A DNA stretch of 62,048 nt from Alphaproteobacteria bacterium (GTDB taxonomy: Bacteria > Pseudomonadota > Alphaproteobacteria > Paracaedibacterales > CAITNM01), in contig CANKYV010000006.1 in assembly GCA_947487955.1 (NCBI GenBank), forward strand, positions 1 to 62,048, given 5' to 3'. Position numbers and translations under genes: made by a program. This document shows, one piece after another, positions 60,225 to 62,048 of the stretch (its first letter is position 1; each line of letters opens with the position of its first letter). The notes under the pieces are model-generated. The model searched no databases and was not told the origin of the DNA. It worked only from the letters and a program-made list of their open reading frames with translations.

Positions 60225-60830
60225 CTATACAGACTTCAACACATAATAATTCGGATATTTTGCCCGAATAAAATCACTCATTGCCTGAATAACTCGATCA
60301 ACTGTCGCATTAGTCGGCTCATCTAATGTTTGAACATGTACATCAGCTTCCTCAAATATTGGATAACGCTCTTCAATGAGTTTATCTAAAACTTCACGGT
60401 GATTTGAATCAGTAAACATCGGTCGATCTGTACGTCTTGAAACTCTCGCAACTAACGTATCAATATCTGCTTTTAGCCAAACAGAAATTGCTTTTTCTTT
60501 TACAATCTTTCTTGTTTGCTCGTAAGCAAATGACCCCCCACCTGTTGCTAAAACATGCGTAGGCTGATCAAGCAAACGCTTAATCACTCGCTGCTCTCCA
60601 TCAAGAAAAGATTGCTCCCCAAAAATTTCATAGATTTCTTTAATAGGGTAACCAGCTGCCTGTTCAACCTCAATATCTGAGTCAAAAAAAGAAAGCTCCA
60701 GTCTGTTTGCCAAACGCTTTCCTATACTTGTTTTTCCGCTACCCATCAACCCAACCAAAACAATTGTTTTTGGAGGCATAAAACTCACTGTTATTTGTGA
60801 TCGATTAGCTTGACTAAAATCGTCTCTCAT
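60225..60830 (-). CDS. aroK: Shikimate kinase
   Basis: LVGLMGSGKT, DSD, LATGGG and RP..R.P motifs. Confidence 0.93.
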   Translation of the reverse strand: MRDDFSQANRSQITVSFMPPKTIVLVGLMGSGKTSIGKRLANRLELSFFDSDIEVEQAAGYPIKEIYEIFGEQSFLDGEQRVIKRLLDQPTHVLATGGGSFAYEQTRKIVKEKAISVWLKADIDTLVARVSRRTDRPMFTDSNHREVLDKLIEERYPIFEEADVHVQTLDEPTNATVDRVIQAMSDFIRAKYPNYYVLKSV

Positions 60831-61261
60831 GAACCTAACGTAACCATTATCTCTAAGTTAAATACAACACTGGAACCCTTTAGGGCCCATGTACAATATA
60901 CCCTAAACACGCTCAAGATACAAGTATTTGTGAACTGTTGACTGCTTAATTTGAAAGTATTAGCTTATGACTTCAATTAATTTTCCAACGCTCAAGCAAA
61001 CGCCTTACAACTGTTTCTACTAATTCTTTAACAGATTCCCTGGCATTGAACTTTTCATAAAGTGGTAATACTAGCGGGTAAAGATGTTCTGCAAGCTTCG
61101 CTGAAACATCATGAGCTGGCACCACTATTATTTCAATTTGGCATAAATTTTGCACTATAAAAATCACACAAAAGGGAAAGAAGATAAATGGATTTTAATG
61201 TTTTTTCACTGTGTCATATTTAATGGCTTATAAAAGAAATAAATTTTTCAGGAGAACAATA

Positions 61262-61900
61262 ATGCTAAATTTTAAATGTTTAAAATTCATGTATGTTTCC
61301 ATTTTGACATGTATAAGCATCTTCCCAATTATGGTTGGGGAATCTTCCCTGGAAGGTAAAGATTACGATTTTCAACTTAGTGGTAAAAAAGTTTTTGTTG
61401 CTGGCCACAATGGCATGGTAGGTTCCGCTCTAGTTCGTAGGCTCGCTTCTGAGTCTTGTTCAATTCTTACAGCTTCTCGTGCAGAACTTGATTTACGGCA
61501 GCAAGCTGATGTGGAGAGCTGGTTCAGCATCAACAAACCAGATGTGGTTTTTTTAGCAGCTGCTAAAGTTGGCGGGATTGGCGCAAATAGTACTTATCCT
61601 GCTGATTTTCTTTACGATAATCTTATGATAGAGGTGAATGTCATCCGTTCTGCGTATTTATCCGGTGTTAAACGTTTAGTCTTCTTAGGTTCATCCTGTA
61701 TTTATCCTAAATTTGCAGCACAACCTATTAAAGAAAATGAATTATTAAGTGGCTATCTTGAGCCAACTAACGAGCCTTACGCCATTGCTAAAATAGCTGG
61801 TCTCAAAATGGTTGAAAGCTACAGAAAGCAATATGGTGTCGACTATATATCCGTAATGCCAACAAATCTATACGGTGCTGGTGACACATATCATTTAGAA
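61262..61900 (+). pseudogene. fcl: GDP-L-fucose synthase interrupted by an IS982-family element
   Basis: [29 protein letters not shown] and PTNLYG motifs. Homology breaks at YHLE| exactly where ACCCTAATTCGGG begins. Confidence 0.88.
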
Positions 61901-62048
61901 ACCCTAATTCGGGATTAGATGGTTAAATTTGATACAAGGTTTTTTTGATTTCAAGGTATAAGCGACAAGGGTTGAAAAGATGTGAATAAAGCCATTAATG
62001 GGAGATCGATGGCGAGTGTGAGAAATTTGAAAGTCCTTTTTAATCACA
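61901..62048 (-). mobile_element. 3' end of an IS982-family element (transposase C-terminus 61904..62047 and inverted repeat)
   Basis: Minus strand reads VIKKDFQISHTRHRSPINGFIHIFSTLVAY...*; HTRHRS is typical of IS982 transposases. The terminus begins ACCC. Confidence 0.85.

Noticed and set aside
60973-61167. 64-aa minus ORF
   Set aside because: Possibly a C-terminal gene remnant, but there is no confident start or family.

Overview
AT-rich alphaproteobacterial DNA. The gene set (fragmented housekeeping operons, five MFS transporters, many signal-peptide hypothetical proteins, a PAAR gene, a phasin) suggests a Holosporales/Rickettsiales-like host-associated bacterium; this is an inference. 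Both ends of the window fall inside IS982-family transposase 3' ends, so it is probably a whole contig. The backbone is housekeeping: tRNA-Ile2, znuA, mlaD, uup, rnc, clpX-lon, holB, rmuC, addB/addA, tRNA-Lys, ompR/envZ-like, rpe, dapB, ctaG, acs, lpdA, grxC, ftsA, tmk, corC-like and aroK. The most striking feature is a compact acyl-homoserine-lactone quorum-sensing locus at 52.2-55.9 kb. It has luxI, a full-length luxR, a recently duplicated luxR lacking the DNA-binding domain, two unknown genes and four lux-box-like 20-bp palindromes. Three of the boxes sit 57-59 bp upstream of luxI, the truncated luxR and a membrane-anchored unknown gene. Other oddities are normally cytoplasmic enzymes carrying signal-peptide-like N-termini (two Dit1/PvcA isocyanide synthases, an rpe paralog, fcl), a tandem pair of small secreted two-cysteine peptides, an AddAB pair that seems to have lost both nuclease sites, and several candidate effectors (kinase-like, double glycosyltransferase). 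All calls come from motif recognition by eye; no searches were run.
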